A stretch of 64,000 bases of DNA, from the NCBI GenBank assembly GCA_008632985.1, contig QPGO01000020.1, positions 62,001-126,000 on the forward strand, read 5' to 3'. The notes under the pieces were generated by a model. That model saw only the letters and a program-made list of their open reading frames with translations, ran no database searches and was not told the origin of the DNA. Position numbers and translations under genes: made by a program. Numbering within the stretch: position 1 is the first letter of the stretch; each line of letters opens with the position of its first letter. Positions 47,816-59,987 of the stretch are shown piece by piece. This DNA is from Psammoneis japonica (taxonomy: Eukaryota).

Positions 47816-49768
47816 AGTTGGCATGGTGCTGTTTCTTGAAAGCATCTGCTTCAAACTGCTTTTCTGCTCTTGGCACCCAGAGCAAAAGTTGCTGGCCTTG
47901 TCCAAGCCTCACAACACCTGTTTGGCCCTGACCATTTCCCAGCTGTGTTGCTGGACAAAAACTTCTGACTCACTTTGCTCCTGTTGCTCACAAAGTCAAG
48001 TGTCTTTCTGTGCAAAGCCAAGCAGACTTGGCAAAGTCCTCATGGGCTGCAACCTGCTGCACTGTCTTGGCACAAATCACCAAGCACTGGCTCAATGTGT
48101 TCTTGGCCTGTTGCCTGCCATCTCCTGCAATGCCACTCACAAGCACCACAGTCAGAGAGCTTTTAATTCACTTGACAGCCGGGGCAATTTTCTCCTTCTC
48201 CCAGTGTTGCCATCAGCAGGATTCTGGCCTGATGCTCAGATGTCTTTTTTCATTTTTTGTGCATCTGTCCTTTGATGACATGTGGAGAAACTCACAAAAC
48301 AACATTTTCTCAAATCTTCTCTGCAAATTGTTTGTCTGCTGCAGAACAGAGAGGTTCTTGGGTGGACAACCTCCAAAACTGCTGCTCTCACCTTGCTTGT
48401 CCAAAGTTGCCACATGGTTTTGCCATGTTGCAAGTGCAGTGAAACATTTTGGATGTTTCCATTCTGGGGAGTCTGCTTTTTTGCCCATGACTTGGAGAAA
48501 CTGGGGTTTGCAGCAGGGCCTGCTGTGTGCAGAATGCAAAGTGTGCATGGTGCTGCAGAGGCTGGTTGTGCCCTGCCCATGTTTGCAGCTGCACGACCTT
48601 GATTGCGAAAGCGTGGCAATCAATTTCATGGTCATTGCCATGCAACATGCAGCACACATGGCACTCACACCAGTGCTCACAACCCCCTGCAACATGCACG
48701 CAGTCATGCACACACAAAAACCATCATGTGTGGCTCCTGAAAGTTGCTGAATGCTCAGCCACAGATGGCCATTGAAACCGTTGCTGTTGAATCTTGTGAA
48801 TGTGTGCAAGCCAAGATCATGACTTTTGTTTGAAAGAGGTCAACTCAGGTTCTCAAGATGTGTTTTGAGAGCCAGCTGAAGTTGTGTCAAATTTTTGCCC
48901 AGCCTGCACATCTGAGCACAGCAGCAACATTCTCCATGGCAATGGACTCTCTGCAAAGAACTCCAGAAAGAACTCCACAGAAAAGTGTTGTTGCAGCCCA
49001 CAGCTGCACAAAGTGCAACATCATTCATCAAATGCCAAAAGCAAAACTTTTTCCAGACATCAAATCTGCTGCACCTGTGGCACATGAAGAAAAACACTCG
49101 GAGCAGTGCACGACACCATGATGCCAGCACAAAGTCACGAGCTGTTTTTCCAGATCATGAGCCAGAAAAGCAGAAAGTGACCAACCTTGACAAGTTGCAA
49201 AATGACAGGCATGCTGCATTTTCGGCAATTGTCAGTGGATTTTGCAGGTTCTGACCCCCAGCAGGTCTTTTGTGAGAGATGGCCATTGTCACATTGGACC
49301 ATGGCAAAATTGCAAGAGCTTGTCACATTGGATCACAGCAAAAACACCAGAGCCAGGGGCTCATTTTCAGATTGTTGCCATCCATCTTTTGTGCCCAAGC
49401 CACATGATCTCTGTCACTGCTCAGAGCACTTGTGTGTGTTGAACGTTGAACAACAAGTGTTTGTCACAACAACTTGCTTGGTTGGGCTGGTGCAAGATGA
49501 GTGCTTCACTTGTCCTGCCNNNNNNNNNNNNCCCACCCACACACACACACACGCATGCGCGCACTTAATGAAATTCTGGTGTGAGCCTCACCCAAGGAAA
49601 TCTCAGAAGTTGGTGACTCACACTGGCAACACATGCAAAGATGGGTTGGCTGCACCCAGCTGCAAGGCAATTTTTCCTGGCAACAGCACCACATTGCTGA
49701 GAGTTCTCCTGTGGCTGGTGGCAAGATGACCAGAGCACACAACAAGCCATGTGACCAGCACTCTTTTG
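47816..49768. repeat. ~2-kb direct repeat, copy 1
   Basis: Highly similar to 52313-54318, from agttggcatg.tgctgtttct to gtgaccagcactcttttg. Confidence 0.92.
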
Positions 49769-52312
49769 AGGAAAATGTTGTTACAAAATTGAGCTCCAAA
49801 ACAATGAGAGTGAATTGCAGGAAGATGCTCAACATGAAACACTTGCCAGTGATGATGATGGGGTGGCTGTTGGGTCACTTGGCCAAGAACATGATCAAGA
49901 CAATGAATCGGTGCAATCCATGCAACTCACGCACCAGGATCTCAGCGCTCAAGCCTCCAACATCACAAGGCTTGCACAAGGAGATCAAGAAAAGATGGCA
50001 GCTTTGTCTTCTAGAAAACCCAGGGTCAGCTCCAATCCCTGGCATTCTGCAACCCATGCCACAGGCTGCTCACCAGAAGCACAAGGGATCAAGCCTTGAA
50101 ATTTGTTGAGATGCAACAGGAAGATCTCACTGTCCTCGTTTGTTGCTGATGGACAACAACGGCTCCAGCGGACAATGCATGACAGCTTCCACCAATGATG
50201 GTGAGCATCTTCTGCCCCCAAAGTTAAAGAACAACAACTGCAGTGCCTGTCAACAACCCAAGCACACAATGCACCATTGCCAAGGCTTCACAAGTGCAAG
50301 GCGAGACAGCTTGCACCAGGAGACAGGAGGGAGCAAGAGGAGTTGCAAGCCCATCTGTTGAACCCAAATGCATTCCCAGCACTGTTGAGAGATGGAGATG
50401 AAAGGCTCGTGTCACAGACAGTGCCAAAGAGCATGACTGGCATTGTGATTCACCGCTCCTCATGCTGTGCTGATGAGCGACAAGAAACATGCCTTGAGTG
50501 CACTTTTCTGGGACTGCACACTGAGCCTGATGAGCTCTTTGCCAACAAATTGTTTGTCACTGCCACCGTCGCCACATTTGCATCAAAAAGCAAGTCCAGC
50601 CATGTTGTTTGTGAGATGTCCTCCAATTTGGCATCCAGACTCAATCCATTGTCACAGAAATTGAGCCAACCTTTGGCATCAGATGGTGTCAGCATGCATG
50701 CTGCACAAGCCCTGTTTGGCACCTTCAATGTTCCATGGGTGGAGAATGGGTTGTTTCTGACAACAAATGTCAATGTTGACAATTTGGCGGAAAATGTGCC
50801 ACCACACCACAGTCCCAAGCAGCAGTTCCAGCAGCAGCAGGCACAGTGCAAAGTGCCTTTCTTGTGGCCCGACTGGTGCTGCACCCCCTTCTTGTCACCC
50901 GACTGTGGAAATTGCAGCAGCAGCAGCAGAGGCTCTCACAGCAGTGGCAGTCAGTGGCAGTTGTTGCCCCACCAGAGTCGCAAGTGACAACAGCCACAGC
51001 TGCAGTTGCAGCAGCATTCACAGCAGGAGTGCCGCAGTGGTGCCCTGTCCCCTTCTCGTCACCTGGCTCTGACAATTGGAGTGGCCGCAGGGACAAATGT
51101 CAATGCAAAACAAACAGGTTGAGAAAACAAAGAAAGAGATTTAACCCTGAGAATGTGTGTGGGACATCTGCCACAGCACTGCACCTTGTCCCCTTGTCGT
51201 CAACCAACTGAAGGAATTCCCATCCACAGCAGTTGCAGCTGCAGCAGTCTCAGTGACAGCAGTTGCAGTGACAGCAGTTTTCACCCACAAGAGTCACAAG
51301 TGAAAACAGCCACAGCAGCAGTTGTGGCAGCAGTTGCAGCAGCAGTCGCAGTGGCAGCACCGCATCCCCTTCTCGTCACCCAAACAGTGCCACACCCCCA
51401 GCAGCAGCAGCCACAGCAGCAGCGCTGCACCCCTGCACCCTCTTCTTTGTCACACAACCAGGCGTCATTTTTCTGTGGCACAAGGAACAGAAATTGTTGC
51501 AAAACAAAGAAGTTGAGAAACAACAAAATGAGTCAATGCAGAGAATGCACACTGGATGCACTCACCACAGAGCATGAGACAGCAATTCAGAGGCAACAAG
51601 CAATGAGCTGGGTGCGTGCACAAATTCTTGCAAGAAGAATTAAATGAATTGGACAAAAGGTGAGAAACACAGCAGTGCTGGAAGAGAGAAACAGCATCAA
51701 AGACAGCACACTCACTCACCAGAACTTGTTTCATCCCATGGTTGATCATTCAATGACATTGTTGGCAGTGGCAGGGAAAAATGCTCCAAACACACCAGCC
51801 ATCTAAAAGGAACAAAAATGCCAGAAACTTGGGAGGTGCCAACAAACAAACACCATCATCGTGCTCAGCGCACTCTTTTTTGTCCAACAACATTCAATTT
51901 GTGAACAGAGCCAAGTCTCCATGACACTGCAGTGCTGTTCTCAGCAAGCAATGACTTGGACAACGCTTCCAACTGCTGCACCATGTGTGCTGTGTGCTGT
52001 GCACTTAAGTTGACACACTCCTTGTTTGTTGTGCGGTGCTCGACAACACTGCATTGTGGCACACAAGCACAGATGAGTCTTGCACACATGATGCGATTTA
52101 CACTTTTGTGCAATTAACTCTGAAAATGTCAGGCAACGACAATGTTGTTTGCAATCTTCAGGACCTCACAAATCTGAGTGCACAATGCACTGACCAAGCA
52201 TCTGGCCGTGGGGAGTTTGGGGCGGGGAGGAGGGGTCGGGAAAATTTGAGAACACGATGGACGACAGATGTGGTGCGGATTTGGTGTGCGCGGAAGTCCG
52301 TGGTGCGGAGTT

Positions 52313-54318
52313 AGTTGGCATGATGCTGTTTCTCAAAAGCATCTGCTTCAAACTGCTTTTCTGCTCTTGGCACCCAGGGCAAAAGTTGCTGGCCTTGTCC
52401 AAGCCTCACAACACCTGTTTGGCCCTGACCATTTCCCAGCTGTGTTGCTGGACAAAAACTTCTGACTCACTTTGCTCCTGTTGCTCACAAAGTCAAGTGT
52501 CTTTCTGTGCAAAGCCAAGCAGACTTGGCAAAGTCCTCATGGGCTGCAACCTGCAGCACTGTCTTGGCACAATTCACCAAGCACTGGCTCAATGTGTTCT
52601 TGGCCTGTTGCCTGCCATCTCCTGCAATGCCGCTCACAAGCACCACAGTCAGAGAGCTTTTAATTCACTTGACAGCCGGGGCAATTTTCTCCTTCCCAGT
52701 GTTGCCATTGGCAGGATTCTGGCCTGATGTTCAGATGTCTTTTTTTCATTTTTTGTGCATCTGTTCTTTGATGATGTGTGGAGAAACTCATGGAACAACA
52801 TTTTCTCAAATCTTCTCTGCAAATTGTTTGTCTGCTGCAAAATGGAGAGGTTCTTGGGTGGAAACTCTCGTCCAAAACTGCTGCTCTCACCTTGCTTGTC
52901 CAAAGTTGCCATGGTTGCCATGTTGCAAGTGCAGTGAAACATTTTTGGATGTTTCCAACCTGGGGAGTCTGCTTCTTTGCCCATGACTTAGAGAAACTGG
53001 GGTTTGCAGCAGCAGGGCCTGCTGTGCGCAGCAGAATGCAAAGTGTGCATGGTGCTGCAGAGGCTGGTTGTGCCCTGCCCATGTTTGCAGCTGCATGACC
53101 TTGATTGCAAAAGTTTGGCAATCAATTTCATGGTCATTGCCATGCAACATGCAGCACACATGGCACTCACCAGTGCTCACAACCCCTTGCAACATGCACG
53201 CAGTCATGCACACACAAAAACCATCATGTGTGGCTCCTGAAAGTTGCTGAATGCTCAGCCACACATGGCCATCGAAATTGTTGCTGTTGAATCTTGTGAA
53301 TGTGTGCAAGCCAAGATCATGACTTTTGTTTGAAGGAGGTCAATGCACAAGAAACAGAACTCAGGTTCTCAAGATGTGTTTTGAGAGCCAGCTGAAGTTG
53401 TGTCAAATTTTTGCCCAGCCTGCACATCTGAGCACAGCAGCAACATTCTCAATGGCAATGGACTCTCTGCAAAGAACTCCAGAAAGAACTCCACAGAAAA
53501 GTGTTGCAGCCCATTCATCAAATGCCAAAAGCAAAACTTTTTCCAGACATCAAATCTGCTGCACCTGTGGCACATGAAGAAAAACACTCAGAGCAGTGCA
53601 TGACACCATGATGCCAGCACAAAGTCATGAGCTGTTTTTCCAAAACATGAGCCAGAAAAGCAGAAAGTGACCAACCTTGACAAGTTGCAAAATGACAGCA
53701 GGCATGGACAGCATGCTGCATTTTTGGCAATTGTCAGCGGATTTTGCAGGTTCTGACCCCTGGCAGGTTTTTTGTGAGAGATGGCCATTGTCACATTGGA
53801 CCATGGCAAAATTGCAAGAGCTTGTCACATTGGATCACAGCAAAAACACCAGAGCCAGGGGCTCATTTTCAGATTGTTGCCATCCATCTTTTGTGCCCAA
53901 GCCACATGATGTCTGTCACTGCTCAGAGCACTTGTGTGTGTTGAACGTTGAACAACAAGTGTTTCTCACAACAACTTGCTTGGTTGGGCCAGTGCAACAT
54001 GAGTGCTTCACTTGTCCTGCCTCCCCCCCCCCCCCCCCCCCCCCCCACACACACACACGCATGCACACACTCAATGAAATTCTGGTGTGAGCCTCACCCA
54101 AGGAAATCTCAGAAGTTGGTGGCTCACACTGGCAACACATGCAGAGATGGGTTGGCTGCACCCAGCTGCAAGAGAAATTTTCATGGCAACAGCGCCACTC
54201 CACTCACTGACAGAAACTTGGGCAAGACTTGCGTGGCACCACATTGCTGAGAGTTCTCCTGTGGCTGGCGGCAAGATGACCAGAGCACACAACAAGCCAT
54301 GTGACCAGCACTCTTTTG
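52313..54318. repeat. ~2-kb direct repeat, copy 2
   Basis: Highly similar to 47816-49768, with small indels. Confidence 0.92.
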
Positions 54319-54957
54319 TCAGTGTGCAAAGTGCACGATGTCACACATGGCAGTGCTCCCCCTGTCTCGGATGTGACTGCGAAAAGAGCACTCAGGAGGA
54401 TGGCCCATCTGTGGTTTGGCAGCAGGCAGCTCTGCAGCAGAAAGAGAAGGTGTTGACACCTGCAGGGGGGAGGGCAGCAAAACAGCTAGAGAGAAAGTGC
54501 TGTGCCACCAGCAGCGCCACTTGAAAGTGAGGCACAGGAGCAAAGGTGAGGGATCATCTGGGCTGCTGTGTGCTGTGCCCCCCNNNNNNNNNNNNNNNNN
54601 NNNACACACACACACATGCGCAGCAAACACAAAAAGTGGTGAGAAGAGGAAAGCCATCAGCGGTTGTCAACTCACGGGCTGATTTGATGGGGCCAGCCAT
54701 GTTTTCTCTGCTTGCTGCCAAAAGAGGATGCTGTTGTGCATCAACCCGTTCCGCTTTTGAGGTTCTGAGTCATCTTGCAAATTTGTGGGCAGGTGCAAAA
54801 TGACACACAGAGGCATGCTGTGCTGATGAAGTTTCACCAGCCAGCGGTGCAAGTGTTCAGATCCGGACAGCTGCGAACTGCAATCCACTTGGTCGCCCAA
54901 TGTCAATGTGCACATGCATGTGCACATTGCACAAGCAAAAATTCCCATTCCACAGCT

Positions 54958-56873
54958 CCCCTGAAACTCTGACCACCAAAAACCGAGGGTGCGGAAGCGC
55001 ACTTTTTGGAAGACTGTGCACACACCAAAACATCACGCGTTTCAACAACTCGACCATGACGACCTCCCGTTCTTCACCCCCCACACCACCCGACATGTGC
55101 CTGCCTGCCATTTCTGATGCGGCAGTCTCTGCTGTGTTGGTCGGTGCCATTGAACCCACTGTTGTAACCCAAACACAGCAGATTTGCGATCCTGAAGTTT
55201 GGGCCAATTTTCACCGGATCCAAAATTGACCGTGGACGACATTGCCGCCATTTGTCATTGAGTGCTGCAATCAAGCACAATGCAACAACAAGGCGAAACA
55301 ATCCCACTCATGCTCCAACTGCTGTGGATGCGGCCTGGTGGCGGCAGAGCAAGGCAATTTTGCTTGGAACAACAAAGGCATGGGATCAACGAGCACTGAT
55401 GTGCTGGTCGATGCTCCTTGTGTGGGCGTGGGCATGGCAGAGGAGCATCTGTGACAGGAGGCATGGTGACAACTTTTCTCAGGATGATTGTTCCCAAGCA
55501 GAACCTCCTCCGACTCACCCAGAGCCCAGTGGAGCCAATCGGAGCCAACAACAGGTGTCAAGATGAGCCGCAGCAACATGTGAAGGAGGATGCAGCCAAT
55601 GGAACACGGGCAGAGAAGGTGCCAGCATGCAAAGTGGCAGCACAGCTGTTGACATGGCACTGGTTTTGAAGGTCTGACAGTGACAAACACAGTGAGCATT
55701 TGCCAAAAGCACGTTGCTGCCTGCCTCCATTTTGGCAACTTGCAAAAACAGCATGTTGTGCATCACATGCAGAACTCAAATGGTGAGAGTGGCGTCTTGT
55801 GGAATTGCACACAATGACCCAGTCCTGGAAAATGGAGCAGTGTCCAAGTCACATGCACAACTTGAAACCTTGCCAAGTCACCTGCAAACAAACACCAATT
55901 CGCTGACCTCTCCAACTTGAAACTGAAAAACTGTGAAAGCATGCCTGCCATCCAACTGTTGTCGCTCAGGTGTCTGCACATTCTAAAGATTGGACCACAC
56001 TCGAGAGCTGGCCAAGAGGCACTGTTCACATCTGTGATGTTGCAGGCCAGCAAAGGGCAGGCAAAGAGCCCACTGAACGCTTGTGCAGCACGGGTGTTGA
56101 TGCTTGCAATGTCTGAAAAATTGGTCGCCATGTCTTTGCCCGATGGGCTGCAAGTGCTTCAGAAGTTTCCTTGAACCGAAACCAGAAAACCATGAACAAA
56201 CACAGAAAGCACAAGAGCCACAACACCAACACTCGTCCATCGGCAGGCCATGGTTGCATGGGTTTCCTGGTCGGCCATCATCCATTGTGCTCCTTCCAAA
56301 GCAAAAACAACAACAGCGTCAACAGCACCTGCAGCAGCAATGGTGAGATTGACAGTGTCGGGCATGCCAGGGGACCGAAATGCAGGTGAGGCATTGGAGT
56401 TCGCAGTGGCATCTGTGGGAGGCAGTGGGTCGAGAATGAAAGAAGTGTGAGTTGTCAGCATTTCATTGTGGATGTCATTGGCAAAAGCCAATGACAGTGC
56501 CAACAGTGCCTGCAGCAGCAAGGGCACAGGAGCAACAGTGTTGGGCATGCCAGGGGCCCGAAACGCAGGTGCAGCGTTTGCATTCGTGACAGCATCTGTG
56601 GGAGGCAGTGGAGCGTGCAAACAACAGTGTGAGTTTGCAGCATCTTGTTTTGCATGTGTCACAACCACGAGAACTGGAACAATGACATCACCCGCTGCAT
56701 CAGTGTCATTGGCAACGGAGTCAGTGGGATTGGCATCCTGGGAAGGCGATGGGGAAGAACCACGAGGCATCATCATGGTCGAGTCGTCAAAACTCGTGTT
56801 TTTTGTGCGAAGAAAAGAGCTGCCAAAAGTGCGTTTCCGCACCCTCGGTTTTTGGTGGTCAGAGTTTTAGGGG
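54958..56873. mobile_element. Non-autonomous TIR element, ~1.9 kb
   Basis: TIRs cccct(g/a)aaactctgaccaccaaaaaccgagggtgcggaa.cgcactttt, with weaker similarity out to ~120 bp. No clear TSD and no recognisable transposase. Confidence 0.75.
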
Positions 56874-57260
56874 AGAACATGGTTCAGGATTTTTCCTGTT
56901 GCTGTTAAGCACGTGTGTACGAATAAGATATAAAACTGCCACGTGCACTGGGGTGATGTGGGAAGCGAGCGGAAACGTCGTGTTCAGTGTGCCTGCCCGC
57001 CCGCCCGGGTGCGTGAGACGAGACCCTGCTGACGTCATTTTGTCGCAGCTCAGGCATTGCCAGCGCGCGCCAGATAAGGTATGATAGAACAAGCTGGAAG
57101 ACGAGCGAAAATTCTCTCATCTCGTGAAAACCAAAACGTGGCATTGTGCTCTTTGCTCTATCTAGTAGTGCGTTCTTACTTGTTGTCGACGAGCGAGAGG
57201 TACCGGTAGGTCGATACACAGCATTATATTTCACAACACAACCCTCACACCACCAACACG

Positions 57261-57973
57261 ATGTCGTCAACGCCCAACGGAAAAGCCAGTGATCTTTTGA
57301 GAGCATTCCTTCAAGACTCGTCAGTGACGTCGGAGGACAAGGCCGACTGCGTAAGTTTCGCATCCCTACCCGTGTGGTGCGTGGTAGGTCTAGTTGCGTA
57401 CTGTTCGAGCGTCCTTTGCTTACACGATTGCGTGCCTGTTTTTAGTTGAAACTACTTTGCATCATTGTCAAGAACTTGACAGCGACTCCTGTAGACGAAA
57501 AGCATTGCAAGCTGAAGCTCGACAATGCAAAAGTTCAGAAACGATTGGTTCCGTATTCTGACGCTATGCTCTTTCTGGAGTCGATTGGCTTTACAAAGGT
57601 TGACAACGAATTACTAATTCTTCAACCAGAACTAGTCGACACGACAGCAATGGAATCTTGTTTTCTCCAAGTTTCGAACGGTGTGAAAGAATTGCAGCAG
57701 CAGCAGCAACAACAGAAGCAGTCGTCGTCGTGGATGAACGAGAAACCGAGGGGAAAGCTTACAGAAAAGCAAAAGCAGCGCTTACTCATGGAAGAGAAGG
57801 AGATGCAGGAACGAAAGAGAGATCGTGCAGCTCGCAAGCGGAACTTGGCCATGCTGAAACAAGACAAATACGTCAGAGAAAACGACGAGAATTGGGAGTC
57901 TGGTGCATCTGCGGCTTGTACCAAAAGCGGTGACGGGATTTCCACGTTTCGCGACAAGTATGGCGAACACTGA
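57261..57973 (+). CDS. PUB-domain protein; exons 57261-57350 and 57446-57973; 205 aa
   Basis: GTAAGT...TTTAG 95-nt phase-0 intron. IVKNL...EKH.KLKLDN.KVQ.RL...FLESIGF is a PUB-like signature. C-terminal coiled coil. Confidence 0.8.
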
Positions 57974-58046
57974 GCAGTTCTCAAAATGGGGGTACACTTC
58001 AAAAGATTACTAGTTTTTGCTTTAGATGAAATTGTACTGTATACCC

Positions 58047-59312
58047 TCAGTAGCTGCTCTGCCAGGGACGTTGATTGACTGAAGCATCTCGTGTACTTGT
58101 TTTTGGTTGATGATGATTCACTGCTTGCACAAGTGTGTAGCTGGCATCGCGTTGAGGAGGGACAAAGCCGTCCATTCCGGGACCTATCGGGCTGTCAATC
58201 ACAGAGGTGGAGAGTGCAAGAGGAGTGAAGCCGTCAGGGCCAAAGATAAGGTGAGGTCGTTCGCGTCTATAAAAAGAACGTAAGGTGCCGTCCACAAAAG
58301 GAACGCTAGTCCGCGGAAAGGCGCACCCCCCTCCCTCAAGTGGAGCCGCTACCCACGTTCCCGCCCTTCCAGACTCAGAGAATAGGTGTCGACCGCATTC
58401 ACTGTGCGACAAAATGTGAAAGCGTCCCTTGCGATCCACCCATAAGGATGGATCCTCACCTTCCCACATGCCGTTGGGATCGTTCCAGTTTGGCGCTTGG
58501 CCGTCGACGTGGTAGGTGGAAACGTTACGCCAGTCGGAAGCCATCCAAATGTCCCATCTTGTCCAGGCCAGCAAAGAATGATTTGCAAACAAGAGTGGGG
58601 CTAGATTCAAATCCACTCGGGACAAATCAGGAGCAACAGACTCGAGGGATTGAAGAGGCGACCACGATCCGTTATTTGGGTGCTTTGAATGACTCAGGTA
58701 GCTGTAAAACGTCTTGTTTTTGCCCAAGCCAACTTCGTGGGCACAGCGGGCTTCTGGCGACGAGGCAGAGTTCCCATCAGCACAGTAGCATATTGGATCG
58801 TCAGTTGCTGTTCCGTTGGAATGCGTAACAAAGAGCACGTAGTCTCTTGATGAGGGATCGTACGAAACAATGGGCTCGTGTGTAAAGAGACTAAACAATT
58901 GATTTGTTTTCCTGAACTTCCAGTTGTCACTGGGTCCATCGCTAATGGCGTGAGAGACTACCGAGTTTGATACCCATCGATGAATACCGCAGTGGTGTTC
59001 CATTTCGGAAAGCCACATGTGGTATTTTTTGTCAAGAGGTGAATACACAACCGAACCACCCCATGTAGATATTGCTTCTTCGTGCAACAGATACGACAGT
59101 CCACTCCCATTACGAGCTGGTAACAAGTCGAGTGATTCACAGAACCTTCCTCTCCAGCCAAGATCGCAACAACACACCGTTCCACAACACACGCCATTGA
59201 AACTGCAGGTCATGTCATCTATACAGTACCCTGAAACCACTGCTAGTGCTACCAACAGAGATATCGGCCGCATAAGGCTCAAAGCCAACATAGTAATATT
59301 CATAGAGCACAT
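58047..59312 (-). CDS. Secreted glycoside-hydrolase-like beta-propeller protein with an N-terminal EGF-like Cys motif, 421 aa
   Basis: Signal peptide; CSFNGVC....CCCDLGWRG..C; STWGGSV, HEP, EDPSLW and RRERP motifs. Confidence 0.7.
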   Translation of the reverse strand: MCSMNITMLALSLMRPISLLVALAVVSGYCIDDMTCSFNGVCCGTVCCCDLGWRGRFCESLDLLPARNGSGLSYLLHEEAISTWGGSVVYSPLDKKYHMWLSEMEHHCGIHRWVSNSVVSHAISDGPSDNWKFRKTNQLFSLFTHEPIVSYDPSSRDYVLFVTHSNGTATDDPICYCADGNSASSPEARCAHEVGLGKNKTFYSYLSHSKHPNNGSWSPLQSLESVAPDLSRVDLNLAPLLFANHSLLAWTRWDIWMASDWRNVSTYHVDGQAPNWNDPNGMWEGEDPSLWVDRKGRFHILSHSECGRHLFSESGRAGTWVAAPLEGGGCAFPRTSVPFVDGTLRSFYRRERPHLIFGPDGFTPLALSTSVIDSPIGPGMDGFVPPQRDASYTLVQAVNHHQPKTSTRDASVNQRPWQSSY

Positions 59313-59987
59313 GGACAGTACCGCTGATTATGATCTCCATCCTGTCTGATTGCTGATGGATCGCCATCAAACCGCCCGTTTGGGCGCAGTGAAGTAAGAA
59401 GTAAGTCTTGCTTTCAGCCTTCATCTTATTGCATCGCTCACGCCTGTAGCCCTAGCTCTGCTCCGCATTCCACAAGTAGTTCCCCTAACCATTAAAAACA
59501 CTGAGTGACTCTAGTAGAGTAGCTCTAGCTAGTAGTAGCTACAGTAGCAGTGCTACCAGCTACTTCAAAGTGTTAAAGACACTTTATCTAGAGTCAATAA
59601 TGTAAAAATACATCTACAGTATGCTGTATCAAAAGGCCAACAACGCCGCTCTACAGTACAGAGGGAGAGAGAGAGAGCGAAGTTTGGAAACCTTGCGACG
59701 GGACTTAGCAGGCGACTCACTCTCTGGAGAGCTTGTGTCGGTTTGAAGTCGCAGCATTGTATCCTCCTTTTCTTTGGCAGTTATCGCATGCAGTGTGCGG
59801 TATGGCTTACCAAGAGGATGCCCGTTCATAAACCGGTTCTTTTGGCACACTTATCTCTGCACTAGAGATGATGATGACGCACCGCAAAATGATTGAGATT
59901 ACATTTTTGAAGTGGCCCTCTTCAGAGAACGTTCGTCTGTATCAATAGTGACTAAGACGTCAGTGTTTCAAGAAAAAATAACGACGG

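Noticed and set aside
47816..54318. The 2-kb direct repeats as LTRs of one retroelement
   Set aside because: No TG...CA termini, TSD, PPT or pol motifs were recognisable.
59629..59850. 73-aa ORF downstream of PIG-M
   Set aside because: Short, non-ATG start and no motif; probably UTR or intergenic sequence.
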